This document shows, piece after piece, positions 39,601 to 51,933 of a stretch of 64,000 nt of DNA. Location: assembly GCF_018977255.1 (NCBI RefSeq), contig NW_024704743.1:3412001-3476000 (forward strand), given 5' to 3'. The position numbers were made by a program, and so were the translations under genes. Within the stretch, counting starts at the first letter, position 1, and each line of letters opens with the position of its first letter. The DNA is from Callorhinchus milii. Lineage: Eukaryota. The notes under the pieces are model-generated. The model did no database searches. It saw only the letters and a program-made list of their open reading frames with translations, and had not been told where the DNA came from.

Positions 39601-42600
39601 TATGAGTGTGAAGCAGACAGTTTGACATATTCCATCTATACGTGGAGATTACATGTGTATAGCGCCTTTCACGTCGGGAGGACGTCCCAAGGCACTGGAC
39701 AGTCGGATTTGGACCCGAGCTGGGTGTTGGGATCAGAAGGCATGCAGGCAGAGAGGGTAGGGGGAGGGTGACCGAAGAAGAGGAGGGTCTTGAGATGGGC
39801 CCTGACGCAGGCGAGGGAGGGAGGGAGGGAGCGAGGGGAAGGGATGAATTTCAAAGGGTAGGGCAGAGTGTGTGTAGAGAACAGGGTCCTGTCTGGCACA
39901 ACCCCCGAGTCTCACACCCCCCCCAACCTTCCTGCAGTCAATCTGAGCCTTCAAGCCTTTCTGTTGCATATTAGAATTTATTTACATGTGTGTGTGCATA
40001 TATATATATATCTATTATATATATTACATGTATAAAAATAGTGGTTATGGAGGAATGTTCTGGGCCTGATGGTGAGAAGATTTGGCACTCACTTCAGTGT
40101 TGCCTTTTTGTGGGGAGGGAACGATGAAAGTTCTAAGGAACTGAAGCTTTCTACTCTAATCCCATACTTTTCCCAACATGTCTGAATTACTATTTTATTT
40201 TTAGGATTGCTCAATCAATATAATGACACATTCCCGGTGAGGGGTTGTGCCATCATTTGCCCAGAAACCTTTTCCGTGCCTGCTCTGTGGGCGGGCAGTG
40301 AAGCTGCTGTTCTTTCTTTCTCACTGGTGACCCACTGGCTTCTCACCTGGCCTCCCCCAGAGCCACTGGCACCCAACACATGTAACTGCACTCACCACTT
40401 GAGGAGCGAGGAATTCTCAGGACCAGAGCGCGGCTGAAGTCTAGAGCGGGCTCGCCGATGGAATCCTCACTCTCTGTTCGAGACAATTCTTGAACTGCCA
40501 AACACATTACACAGTCACAGCAGAGGAAGAGGCCATGCACAGCAAGAAGTAAGTCACCCCTCCCCTGATCTGGATCTCCAGATGCCAGGAGGAGAATAGT
40601 CACTATATAGTCATTTGACATCTAACCATAACAACAACAATAATAATCCTTGCATCTCATATAGGGCATTATCACGTCTTCGAGAGGTCTCAAAGTGCTT
40701 CACAGAATATACTCTAAAGTGAATTGACTGGATATTTTTGTGGGCGAAATGCGCACAGCAATGTCTCAGAGGTGAAGTTACAATTTTGTAAGTGAAAAGC
40801 CAAACTGAATTTTACAATTTTCCGATAATTGCAAAGTTTAAGCCAAAGAAACGTTTTAAGAAAAAAAACAGCATGTTGTGTTGTTTAGTCCGAAGGCCAT
40901 GGTGATATTCTGAATGTGAGGTTGTTAAGGTACTGTATGACCAGCCGCAGGCCGGGATAGACCACAACAACAACTTGCATTTATATAGGGCCTACAGGGT
41001 ACAGGGTAGCACCCCAGAGTGCTTGACAGTGGCGCAGTCTAACAATGAATCAGGGTGAGAAGGAGGGGAAAGGTGACCTTAATCACAATTGAAAAGGCAG
41101 CATTTGAAAGTGGGGAGAGAGACGGAGGGATTGAGCGAGAGAGTTCTAGAATTTCAGGGTCTAGTGGCTGAAGGCACAGCCCACCGATGGTGGAGCGGAG
41201 GACACGAGGGACGAACAGGAGGCCGGAGCAAGCCAACAGTAATAGATTGGGAAGTAAGCAGATCGGAGAGGTAGGGAGGTGCCAGAGCATGAAGAGATTT
41301 GAAGCACAGGTATGAGCCCTCACTAGCTGGAGATAGATACCCTCACTAGGTGGTGGCTACTCCCTGCGAACTTCTGGGTGAGCAGCATAACTCAGCATGA
41401 AATGCATGAGAGCATTGCCACCATCTTCCTGCCCACTTTTCTCCAATAACCTTCCTGCTTCCTGCCGTGCTTGGTTTTAAGTTACCTAAGCAGAAGTTCA
41501 AGCTTGCTCCAAGGAAGCTTTTAGTACTACTTTAAAGGCCCCCTGCTTTCGCCTAAAAGCTCTCCCCACTTTTGACAGGCACCGTTTCAAGGATGAATGG
41601 CTGTAGGCTCAGCTTCAGTTTCCTTACTACCTTAGCGCCTTGGCTACAATCAATAATTATGGTAGAGAGCGCCAATTGGGGAGCGAGCACCAGCACGGAC
41701 ACGATGGGGAGAGAGAGCAGGGAATGGGAATTAAGAGTAGAGAGCTCCAGTGGGGGAGCGAGCACCAGCACAGACACGGTGGCGAGAGAGCAGGGAATGG
41801 TATTAAAGTAGAAAGCTTCGGTGGGGGAGAGGACACCAGCACACACACGAAGGGGAAAGAGCAGAGGTTTAGAGTTCAGTGCTCCAGTGGGAGAGGAAGT
41901 AACAGCACAGGCCATATGGACTGAATTGCCTTTTTGCTGTTATCTCTGTGACCATCATTGTAAAGCAACGATGATCATATAACTGAGCAACCCCGATAAT
42001 AAATTGTAAAGACAGGTGACAGGTACCAACCAGGAAGTGAATCTTCGCTGATTTGACATGAATTGCTCGCTTCAGTCTGTTCTTCATCAGTTTCCATCAC
42101 CTCCTCCTCTGGTGGCTTGCCTGAGCTGTGAGCATTTGCCAGAGAGTCTCAGATTGTGGGCAGCCTTCCCATGGTGTCAACATCAAGCTTTGTGACACAG
42201 AAGAAAGCCAATGATGCAAGCAGACTTGTCCTGCAGTCACAGGGCTGCTCTGCTTCATTCAGTCAAAACAGATTATTGCGGGGACGGACCTTTACACGAA
42301 AAAGTGTAAAGAGCAACTCTTGAGCAGCTTTCCACGATCATGGACATCAAAGAAAACCATTCAGCCCGTGTGTCTGTGCCGCCGCTCTCCCACTGGAGCT
42401 CTCTACTCTAATCCCATTCCCTGCTCTCTCCCCATCGTGTCTGTGCTGGTGCTCGCTCTCCATTGGAGCTCTCTACTCTAATCCCATTCCCTGCTCTCTC
42501 CCCATCGTGTCTGTGCTGGTGCTCGCTCTCCATTGGAGCTCTCTACTCTAATCCCATTCCCATTCTCTCTCCCCATCTCTCCTGGAGCTCAGATGTTGAT

Positions 42601-43449
42601 TGTCCAATCCAGTGAATTTATTCTGTTGCTCCTGTGTGTAAAGAATTAAGTGATATTTTTATAGAGCCTTCTCTTGTCGCAATATCTCAAAGACTGCTAT
42701 GGACAGCGCTCAGAAAGCACAGCGCAAAGGAAACCCATGGTCAGTGCTGCAACCAAGGCTTCCTGTTCATTTCACCCCATCTTCTTGTTACTGATAAAAT
42801 CCAGTCTGATCCTTTTCACTCCGATCTTTAACATATTGTGGGTGAGATTGATCACACAGTATTGACCAGGATTCTCAAACTCCATGGGGGGTTATTTTGT
42901 GTGATTTTAAAGTGAAAGTTCTTTTACAAATATTGTTCAATCAATGTATTTTGGGCTGCCGAGAGCAAACCTACTGAGAAGCACTCAACCAACAGACAGT
43001 CAGGCATTCCACTCCTGTTTTCGGGGGGGGGGGGGGGGGGGGGCACGGCTCGCTCTGGCTTAACGTCAGATCTCAACCAGGGGCAGGGGGCTGGGCTGTG
43101 CTGAGTGACCGATCTCAGCCGGGGGTCGGGTGGGAGGTGTGTGGGATGCGAGATTGTGCAACATTTTCAAATATCCGTATGAATATGATTCCAAAGAAAC
43201 CAATTGCAAATGGACATGAGGTGGCGCCATTATTCACAGAATGGTGATACTGTGCTGTGATGTGAAGTGGAGTCTGAATTATCAACTTCTCCTTCTATAT
43301 TTGTCATCCTCACTCATTCCCCACATAGGGAGAAGATTGTAGATAAACTGAGGGTAGACTGAGAGGGATGGACCGGGGATAAACTGAGGATAGGGACTGA
43401 TTGGGGATAGCCTGAGAAGATAGATGGGGGGATAGAGGAGGGGACAGAC

Positions 43450-44240
43450 AACAACAAGTTGCATTTATAATGCACCGCTCACGCGGGCAGGCATCTCAGA
43501 GTGCTTGGCGGTGGCTGAGCAGGATGCCGAGCCGGGGGGAGGGGAGGGGCAGGTGACCGTAGGCACGATCGAATAGAAAGATCTTCAGGCCCAACCTGAA
43601 GATGAGGAAGAAAGGGGCAAGATGGAGGGATAGACTGAGGGGATAGACAGGGGATAGACTGAGGGGACAGACAGGGGAAGGAGGGATGGACAGAGAGTTG
43701 AATGGAGGGGGAATTGAGGAAGGACGGCAGGAAGGCCAGTCATTGCATTGGTGGAGGGAGAGCAGAAAGAAGAAGGGAGGAATGAACGCGCTGAGAGACA
43801 GACACTGATTGGCACAGACAAAGGATGTTCCACTGTGTCATAAAGCCCTTCATCTTGGAGCACTTAGCCATGAGGTAGCAGAGGTGGGGAGGAGCAAGGC
43901 CATGGAGGGCTTTGAAGATGGAGGACCGGGATCTTGAACTGTATCCTCTGTGTAATGGGAAGCCAGTGGAGTCGGGCGAGAATGGGATGATAGGTGCGGG
44001 AGAGGACACAAGCTGCAGAGGTCTGGATGATCTGCAGCCTATGGAAGGAGGAGTTGGGGAGGCCGACAAGCAACGAATTTGCGCAGTCGAGCCTGGATGT
44101 TATAAATGTGCATATGAGGGTTTTGGCGGCCTGCGGTGTGAGACAGTGGCAGAGCGGGGCGATGCTGCGGAGGTGGGGGAAGGCAGAGCAGGTCATGGCA
44201 CGGATGTGGGGTAGAAAGGATAGTTGAGAGTCAAACAAGC
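43450..44240 (-). mobile_element. L2-like LINE ORF2 fragment
   Basis: FDSQLSFLPHI..HLRSIA..FITSRLDCANSLLVGLP..LARLHWLPI..RIQFKI is a typical L2 RT C-terminal region; frameshifted. Confidence 0.85.
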
Positions 44241-44276
44241 CATCTTAAAAAGGTTGCTGTTCAGGATAAGTCATAT

Positions 44277-44645
44277 TGGAGTCCTGTAGCTTAGTGGTTA
44301 GATCATTCGCCTTGCAAGTGAGAGGACCCGGGTTCAATTCCCGGGCAGGGCGAAACCTTAGGCAAGTTTCCTTACTCCACACGCATCTGTTTACCTAGTA
44401 GTAAGTAGGAACCCGCTTGTTAGTCAATTGGCAGATTGCTTTTCCGGGGGTAATAATCCCTTAAAAAAACGGGGTGACACAGCAGTGTCCCACGACTGTT
44501 TGTGGGATAGTGCTGTGTGCAATTGGCTGCCACGTTTCGCCCACAAAATCCACAGTCAATTCACTTTTACAGTATATTCTGTGAAGCGCTTTGAGACGTC
44601 TCAAAGACACAATAAGGCGCTATATCAAATGCAAGGATTATTATG
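44277..44645 (+). mobile_element. tRNA-derived SINE, long subfamily
   Basis: Complete head, body and tail as above. Confidence 0.85.
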
Positions 44646-45834
44646 AGAAATCCCACCTTAATATCAACCAGGTGCCTATGCTCCTCCCTGCTCAGTGTCC
44701 TGCCCCACCGCTGTGGAGAGTGCTCCAGTGTGACAGGCGATGTATAAATTCAAGTTGTTGTTGACGAAACGTCCTGAGGAGAGCTTTTGAAATTGGGGAG
44801 GGGCGGGTAGATGGGGTTCCAGAGAGTTGGGGCAGAATAGCTGAAACTGAAATTGTCCTTTACAACTCTAAACCTGTATCCTCTTGTTCTACTGTCTCAT
44901 TGCTTCCCAAACTATTGATCTGGGTTTTCCTCTTTCAATTCCATTTAAAATTTTATACAAATCTAAAGATAGGGGGTGACCATATTTCGTAAAACAAATC
45001 CAGGGGCACCTTGAACTCAAAATTGGAACTCGCCACAATTGCCGAGGCTGGAAGTTACTGGAGAAGTGTGTTGGGTTAACGGCTGTGTTTCTCGGACGAG
45101 TGTCTTCGGTTTTAGGATTGTATTGTTCTTGCTCGGTTTGCTGCTGAACTCAAGACAGGGCACACATGCTCATCCGAGGCACGTCCCCAGGAATCAGGTA
45201 CAGCCGCAATGACCAGAGCTGTGTGCAAGTACTCCTCAAGATCCTCTTCAAATCTCTTCAAGGCTTGCTACCCGCTACCTCCGCTCAACAAGCTTCTTGC
45301 TTATCCCTCATGCCCTCCGTTCCACCATTGGCGTCCACATTTTTAGCCACGATATGCCCTGAAACTCTGAAACATTCTCCCTCTATCTCTCCATCTTGCC
45401 TGCCGTTCCCCATCTTCAGGGAGGGGGTTGCTGATGGTCAGGGAGGGGGTTGCTGATGGTCAGGGAGGGGGTTGCTGATGGTCAGGGAGGGGGTTGCTGA
45501 TATCAGAGAAGCGTTGAAATGGGTCAGGGAGGGGTTTGCTGATACAAAAACGGAAGTTGCTGGGAACACTCAGCGGATCAGGCAGCAGCTGCGGAGAAAA
45601 GAAAGTGAGTCAACATGTCAGGTTGGGATTGCGAGAAAACAGGGGACAAGAGGAGATCATAATGCAAAACAAAAGGGGGGAATATTGCAACATAATAGGC
45701 GGACCAGAGAGAGAAAAGGTGTGTGTGTGGCACCAGGTGATGTGGCAATGGTCACAGAAGAGGGGAAAGGGGAGCTGTTGTGGTCTGAAATTGTGGCAAT
45801 CAATATTGAGCCCAGAGGACTATAAGGTCCCGAG

Positions 45835-46520
45835 GGGGGTGATGGGGGGGGGATGGTGGGGGGGAGGGTGGGGGGGGGGATGGTGGGGGGGGATGGGGGG
45901 GATGGTGGGGGGGTATGGTGGGGGATGGGGGGTATGGTGGGGGTATGGTGGGGGGATGGGGGGGTATGGTGGGGGATGAGGGGGTATGGTGGGGGATGGG
46001 GGGGTATGGTGGGGGGGATGGGGGTGTATGGTGGGGAATGGGGGTATGGTGGGGGTATGGGGGGGATGGTGGGGGGTAGGGGGTGGGGATGGGGGGTATG
46101 GTGGGGGGGATGGGGGGTGGGGGGGATGGTATGTGGGGGGGATGGGGATGGTGGGGTGGATGGTGGGGGGGGATGGGAATGGGGTATGGGGTGGGGGGTA
46201 TGGGGGGAGGGATGGTGGGGGGGGGGTATGGGGGGGGTGGGGATGGTGGGGGGTGTATGGGGGGGGGTGGGATGGTGGGGGGAGGTGGGGGTGGGTTGGG
46301 GGGGGGTATGGGGTNNNNNNNNNNNNNNNNNNNNNNNNNACCCCTCGCTGTGTGTGTATATATACCCCCCTCGCTGTGTGTGTATATATACCCCCCTCGC
46401 TGTGTGTGTATATATACCCCCCTCGCTGTGTGTGTATATATACCCCCCTCGCTGTGTGTGTATATATACCCCCCTCGCTGTGTGTGTATATATACCCCCC
46501 TCACTGTGTGTATATATACA
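45835..46520. repeat. G-rich (ggggatggt) array, assembly gap (Ns, 46315-46339) and 27-bp tandem repeat
   Basis: Read directly; 27-mer cccccctcgctgtgtgtgtatatata in about 6 copies. Confidence 0.9.
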
Positions 46521-46544
46521 CAGACACAGGTTAGGGTTAGTGTG

Positions 46545-47290
46545 AAAATGCTTGACTGGAAAAGGGCTAATTTTGATGGGCTAAAAAGGGGACCCGGAGT
46601 TGGTGGACTGGCAAGTGAGAATGGCCGGTAAGCCGACTCGTGAGCAATGGGAGATCTTCAAAGATACAACAGCTCAGGGCCTTACATAGATATATTCCCA
46701 CAAAAGGCAAATGGGCGAGAACCAAGCCGGCCTGGGTGGCCAGGGATATTCTGTCTCGGATGAAAAAAGAAGAAGACGGCGTACGACAATTGGGAGACGC
46801 AAGACACTGAGGACAGCAAAGCGCATTGCAGAGAATGCAGGAGCCATCTTAAAAGGGGGGGGGTCAGACGGGCTGAAAGATCGCATGAGAAGAGGTTAGC
46901 GGGTAACATGAAGGGGAATCCTGAAATATTTCACAAGCACACGAAGGAAAACAGGTTGAGTCAAAGGTAGGGTGGGGCCAATCAAAGGCAATGACGGCCA
47001 TCTTGTTGTGGAGGCAGAGTACTTTGCATCTGTCTTCACAACGCAAGTGGATGCCCCAAATGCCGCAGTATTGACTGAGAGGGCAGAGGACACGGATCAG
47101 ATTACTATAGACAGAGAGGAAGTTTCTGAAAAGATTGACTGGGCTCAAAATTGATATAAAGTCTTCCGGGACCAGACGGGTTTCACCCACGGTTGCTGTG
47201 GGAGATACGGGTTCAAATAGCGGAGGCTTTGGCCATTATACTTCAATCTTCATTGGACACAGGAGTGGTGCCAAGAGACTGGAGAGTGTT
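46545..47290 (+). mobile_element. CR1 LINE ORF2 internal fragment
   Basis: LDWKRANFDGLK.., AEYFASVFT, IAEALAIILQSSLDTGVVPRDWR (CR1 endonuclease-RT linker); frameshifted. Confidence 0.8.
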
Positions 47291-47850
47291 ACCCCCACTC
47301 TCCCTACACCCCCCCTCCCCATCCCCTCACTGTCCCTGTGTATATAACCCCTCCACCCCCGGCCCCTCACAGTGTGTGTGTGTGTGTGTGCATAGCCCTC
47401 TCCCTACCCCCCACCCCCACCCGACCCTCACTGTGTGTGTATATACCCCTCTCCACCCACCGGCCCTTCACTGTGTGTGTTTAAACCCCTCTCCTTACCC
47501 TCCTCCCGGCCCCTCACTGTGTGTGTATATACCCCTCTCCCTACCCTCTCCCCGGCCTCTCACTGTATGTGATACACTAATCCCAGCCCCTGACTTCGAT
47601 TACTGGGCAGAGCGAAACGTTGGACAAGTTTCATTACTCCACACGCCTCTGTTTATCTAGCAGTAAGTAGGAACTCGGCTGTTAGTCGATAAGGCATCTC
47701 AAATGCAAGTATAATTATTATTTTTATCTTTGTCTTGTTCCCTTGTAGGTGGAGTGAAGTGGTTCCAGCTCTCACCAACCTCCTCACCCAAGCCAGACCA
47801 GGTCAGGGAATCCAACCAATAGTTATTTTTCTATCTACGCATCTGCCACG

Positions 47851-50800
47851 ATGACCCTACGTGAGTCGCCTTTCTCTAACCCCTGTGCTCGGGGGCTGCA
47901 CTGTGTGGCCTGGGCCCTGATCTTCCCCTGTTTCTGGAGCCTGGACTGCACGGTGGCTGTCTGCAAGCCCACCAGCTACGAGAAGGACCAACAGGAGGAA
48001 GAGTGCTGTCTTCGGCCGGTCAAGCTTTCTCTCTCCTTCCTGCTGCACCTGCTCCTCATGATTGCTTTCACCCCATTGGCCTTGTTGGGTTTCCTGCTCT
48101 GGGCTCCTCTGCAGAACGCTCGCCGGCCTTTCACCTACTCACAAGCCAGGACGAAGACAGGGGGGACCCAGCAGCAGGAGACCTGGACGGGGAGCGCCGG
48201 TGGCAAAGGTTTTGGCTTTGTCACTGCCAACCTGTGCCTCCTGCCTGAGTCGCTGGCCCGCTTCAACAACCTGGGCCACACCAAGAAGAGGGCCGAGCAA
48301 ATAGCCAGCCGCGTGCTGCAGACCAGCCAGAGGCCCAGGCTGCGGGTGGAGGTGGAGTCGCCCACCAGCCTGGCTGCCAGTGTGGGGAGTGGGAGCAGGA
48401 GCAGCCTGGGGCCCTACCCCGGCCCCACCCTCAGCCTCCCCCCCGGCCTGCGCCACATGGACAGCTCGGAGAGCAGCGAAGCTAGCTCCCCGGGCCCCCT
48501 CCCCCCGCCAGACGCCCCGCTGACCGCGAGCCAGCCCGGGGCGGCTCTGGCACCGCAGTCGGCGGGCTCCCTCCCCCCGCCAGGGGCCCTGCTGACCCCG
48601 AGCCAGCCCGGCGCGGCCCCAGCGCGTCGAACGGCCTGCACCGAGCAGCCTGATCCCCGGGACCTACCCTTGGGGGAGATCACGGCCCTCTTCCCGCCGG
48701 ACGTGGCGTTCCTCTGCTTCCAGGAAGTGTTCGACAAGCGTGCGGCGGGCTTGCTGCGGCGGCACTTGGAGCCGTGTTTCCCGCACACGCTGTCAGACGT
48801 GGGCGTCTACGCCTTCCAGGGTGGCTGCAGCTTCAAGTTCCTGAACAGTGGGATGTTCGTGGCCAGCCGCTACCCCGTGCTGCAGGCCAACTACACCTGC
48901 TTCCCCTCGGCCCGCGGGGAGGATGCGCTGGCCGCCAAGGGACTACTGTGTGTCAAGGTGAGTCCAGCAGCCGCTCGCACTCACTACACACTTCTTCTGC
49001 TGTACAAGGCAACGCCGTAAGCTGGACTGGGTTAGTTTGGGACAAGCCGGGTGTCTTTGCTGTCTCCCTCACCCCCCCCCCCGACCCGTATCTCCTCGTC
49101 TGGTTGCTCTACAGTAACCCCATGATACGCCGCCTGTTTCAGGTGCTGGTCGGCCGGTCTGACAGAGGCCAGAGGATCGTAGGCTATTTCAGCTGCACTC
49201 ACCTTCACGCCACGGCAGGTAGGCAGGCCGTCAGAGGGGGAGGTGTGGAAGAGGAGACTGTGGGGGAGGGCGATGGGGGGACGGGGAGGTGTGTGGTGTG
49301 GAGGGGCTGTGTTGGGTAGAGGGCTAGAGGGAGGGGGATGTGTGGAAGAGCGGGCTGCGTTGGGGAGGGGGCTGCGTTCGGGAGGGAGTGGGAGTTGTGG
49401 GGTGGGGGTTGCTGTGAGGTAAGAGTGATCTCCCCACCCACAGAGGACTCTGCAGTTCGACAGCAACAGCTGGACGAGGTGGTGGACTGTGTGCAACTGT
49501 TCCTGAGCAGTTCGCGGGGGCCTGAGGAGAAGGTGGTGTTTGACGTTATCTGCGGCGATCTTAATTTCGACAACTGCTCCCAGGGTGCGTCTCCCTCTCG
49601 CTGGACCTCCGCGCACCGGTGTCTCCCTCTCGCTGGGCCTCCAGACAGGTCACCCACGTCTCCCTCACGCTGGGTCCCCGCACACACGTGTCTTGCATGC
49701 ATGTCTCTCTTGCTGAGTGCCTGCACAAGTGTCTTGCTCCTGCTGGGTGAGTGAGTGCACACGAGGAGTGATGTGTGTGTGTGTGTGTATATATATGTGT
49801 GTGTGTCTGTGGCCTGCGTGACTGACTGGTATCTCTCTTCACAGATGACCACCTTGAGCAGCACCACCGGCTGTTTAACATGTACAAAGATCCGTGCCGG
49901 GCCAGGCCAGGCCAAGACAAATCCTGGGTTGTAGGTTGGTACTTGCCCCCAAGCTGCCGGCTCTCACCTTCCCGACTCCTGCCAGCAGGGCCAGGAGCCT
50001 GAGCTGCACGGGATAGAGGCCTGAGGCCATTAGGAAGCCCGTATGTTTGTCAGGCAATAAGGTGTGCCGTTTACATAGGGACCTTCACATGGGATAGCAT
50101 CTCCGACACTCAGTGGGGGTACCATAGAATCATAGAATATTACAGCACAAAAGAGGCCATTGTGGAGTCCTGTAGCTCAGTGGTTAGAGCACTCGCCTCG
50201 CAAGCGAGAGACCTGGGTTCGATTGTCAGCAGGGCAAAATGTTCCTTAGGCAAGTTTCCTTACTCCACGCGCCTCTGTTTACCTAGCAGTAAATAGGAGC
50301 CCGGTTGTTAGTCGATTGGCGGATCGCTTTTCCAGGGGTAATAATTCCTTCTAAAGAAAATTGGTCACTTAAATCCACGACTGTTTGTGGCACACCGCTG
50401 TACGAAATTGGCTGCCGTATTTCGCCCACAAAACACAGTCAATTCACTTTACCGTATATTCTGTGAAGTGCTTTGAGACGTCTCGGAAGACTTGATAAGG
50501 CGCTGTATCAAATGCAAGGATTATTATTGTTGTTATATTCGGCCCATCGTGCCCGTTCCGGTTCTTTGAAAGAGCTCCCCCATCAGTCCCACTCCCAGCT
50601 CTTACCCCATAGTCCTGCAATTTTTTTCATTTTTGTCGGGCATGAATTTCTCATTGAAGCAGAGTTGCGATGTGCAGTGTGTAATATCTCTCGTCTGCTT
50701 CCCCAGGGACTCTGCTGGAACAAGCCAGCATGTACGATGAGCCTGTGAACACTCCAGAAAACCTGCAGCGGTGAGTGAGCACCTGGGGCCAGATCTCAGG

Positions 50801-51933
50801 CTGGCGTCTGTCCCACGCGGAAACCCAGCACCACGTCCAAACCACAGTGAGACCTCCATGTCTTTCACTGACGCGTGGCAATTCCTGCGTCTGGAATGGA
50901 ACCCGCACTCTTCCTGGAGGGACACATCCTGCTTGCCTAATCCTGGAAAGTATTTGGTGCGCATTGGCAAGAGCCAAGGCTTGGGGACCCCAGAGTGTGC
51001 GTTGGGGTAACCGATGGGAGTCTAACCAGCTAAAACTGCATAGCTTGTCATTGATATTGCTGTCTGGCCAAGCTTTCCTGCTGCTTGTCCAGCTTGGACC
51101 ACCCTACCCGTTAGGGCTTTGGCTTGCAGGGTTAACAGGAGCTGAGTGGATGACTCCCTCCCCCAGTGACTGGTCTGCCCTTCCAGGACCTGCCAAGGAG
51201 GCTGGCTGTGCTGCCATCAGCAGTGTCCTGGAACACTGCAGACTCATTACCAAACACGTCACCTTGCAGGCAGTTCACCTTGCAGATAGACGTTTACCTT
51301 TCCACCCCCTCCCCACACACACAACACGCACCTGAGGAGTTCCCAGTAGACCCTCTCTCCCCCCCCCCCCCCCCGCCCAGGACCCCAGGAATGGTATGTA
51401 ATGTGAAGCTTGAGACACTGTGTGGGTTGCAGGACCCTGGAGAACGAGGAGACGAGGAGAAAGTACCTGGCATTGCCGATCACTCCGGGATTCTCGGATC
51501 ACCTGGAGCTGGGAGCAGCAGGGAACGGCCGCAGGATCGATTACTTACTGTATCGGGAAGAGACAGTCGACAGCGATGTGACCACGGTGAGCGCTGCCCT
51601 TCTCCCGCTGACCCACACACACACACTGATCTCCTCTTCCATAATAATACTTGAATTTGTACAGCGCCTTAGCAAGTCAGGAGAACAGCCAGCGCTAATA
51701 TTACAAGTGCGTAATAATAATTTGATTCCCAGGCGGGGCAAAATCTTAGGTAAGTTTCCTTACTCCACTTAGCCTGGCTTGAGACTCGGCCTCCTGCGGC
51801 CATGATTAACATATACCTCTGTTCCTGACAGGAGGTAGAGGAGTTCAGCTTCATCACCCAGCTGGCTGGACTGACCGACCATCTTCCCGTCGGGATGAGG
51901 CTCTATGTTTCCATTGAAAAAGGGGAAAGCTGA
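47851..51933 (+). CDS. SMPD5: Neutral sphingomyelinase SMPD5 (MA-nSMase, SMPD3 family), 577 aa, 7 coding exons
   Basis: Exons 47851-48957, 49143-49218, 49444-49584, 49845-49934, 50707-50770, 51433-51586, 51832-51933; 1734 nt in frame. N-terminus MTLRESPFSNPCARGLHCVAWALIFPCFW has two hydrophobic segments. Catalytic motifs ANLCLL, FQEVFD, THLHA, GDLNFDN, RRIDY, LTDH. Upstream acceptor at 47748 implies a non-coding first exon. Confidence 0.92.
50162..50530 (+). mobile_element. tRNA-derived SINE nested in a CR1 3' end
   Basis: Interrupts catagaatcatagaat..gaggccatt / cggcccatcgtgcc, a minus-strand CR1 tail, in SMPD5 intron 4. Confidence 0.8.

Noticed and set aside
45472..46631. ORFs around the gap, including MLMVREGVADIREALKW..
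   Set aside because: Made of a 21-bp repeat, probable degenerate LINE sequence and G-rich low complexity spanning Ns; no coherent splice structure.
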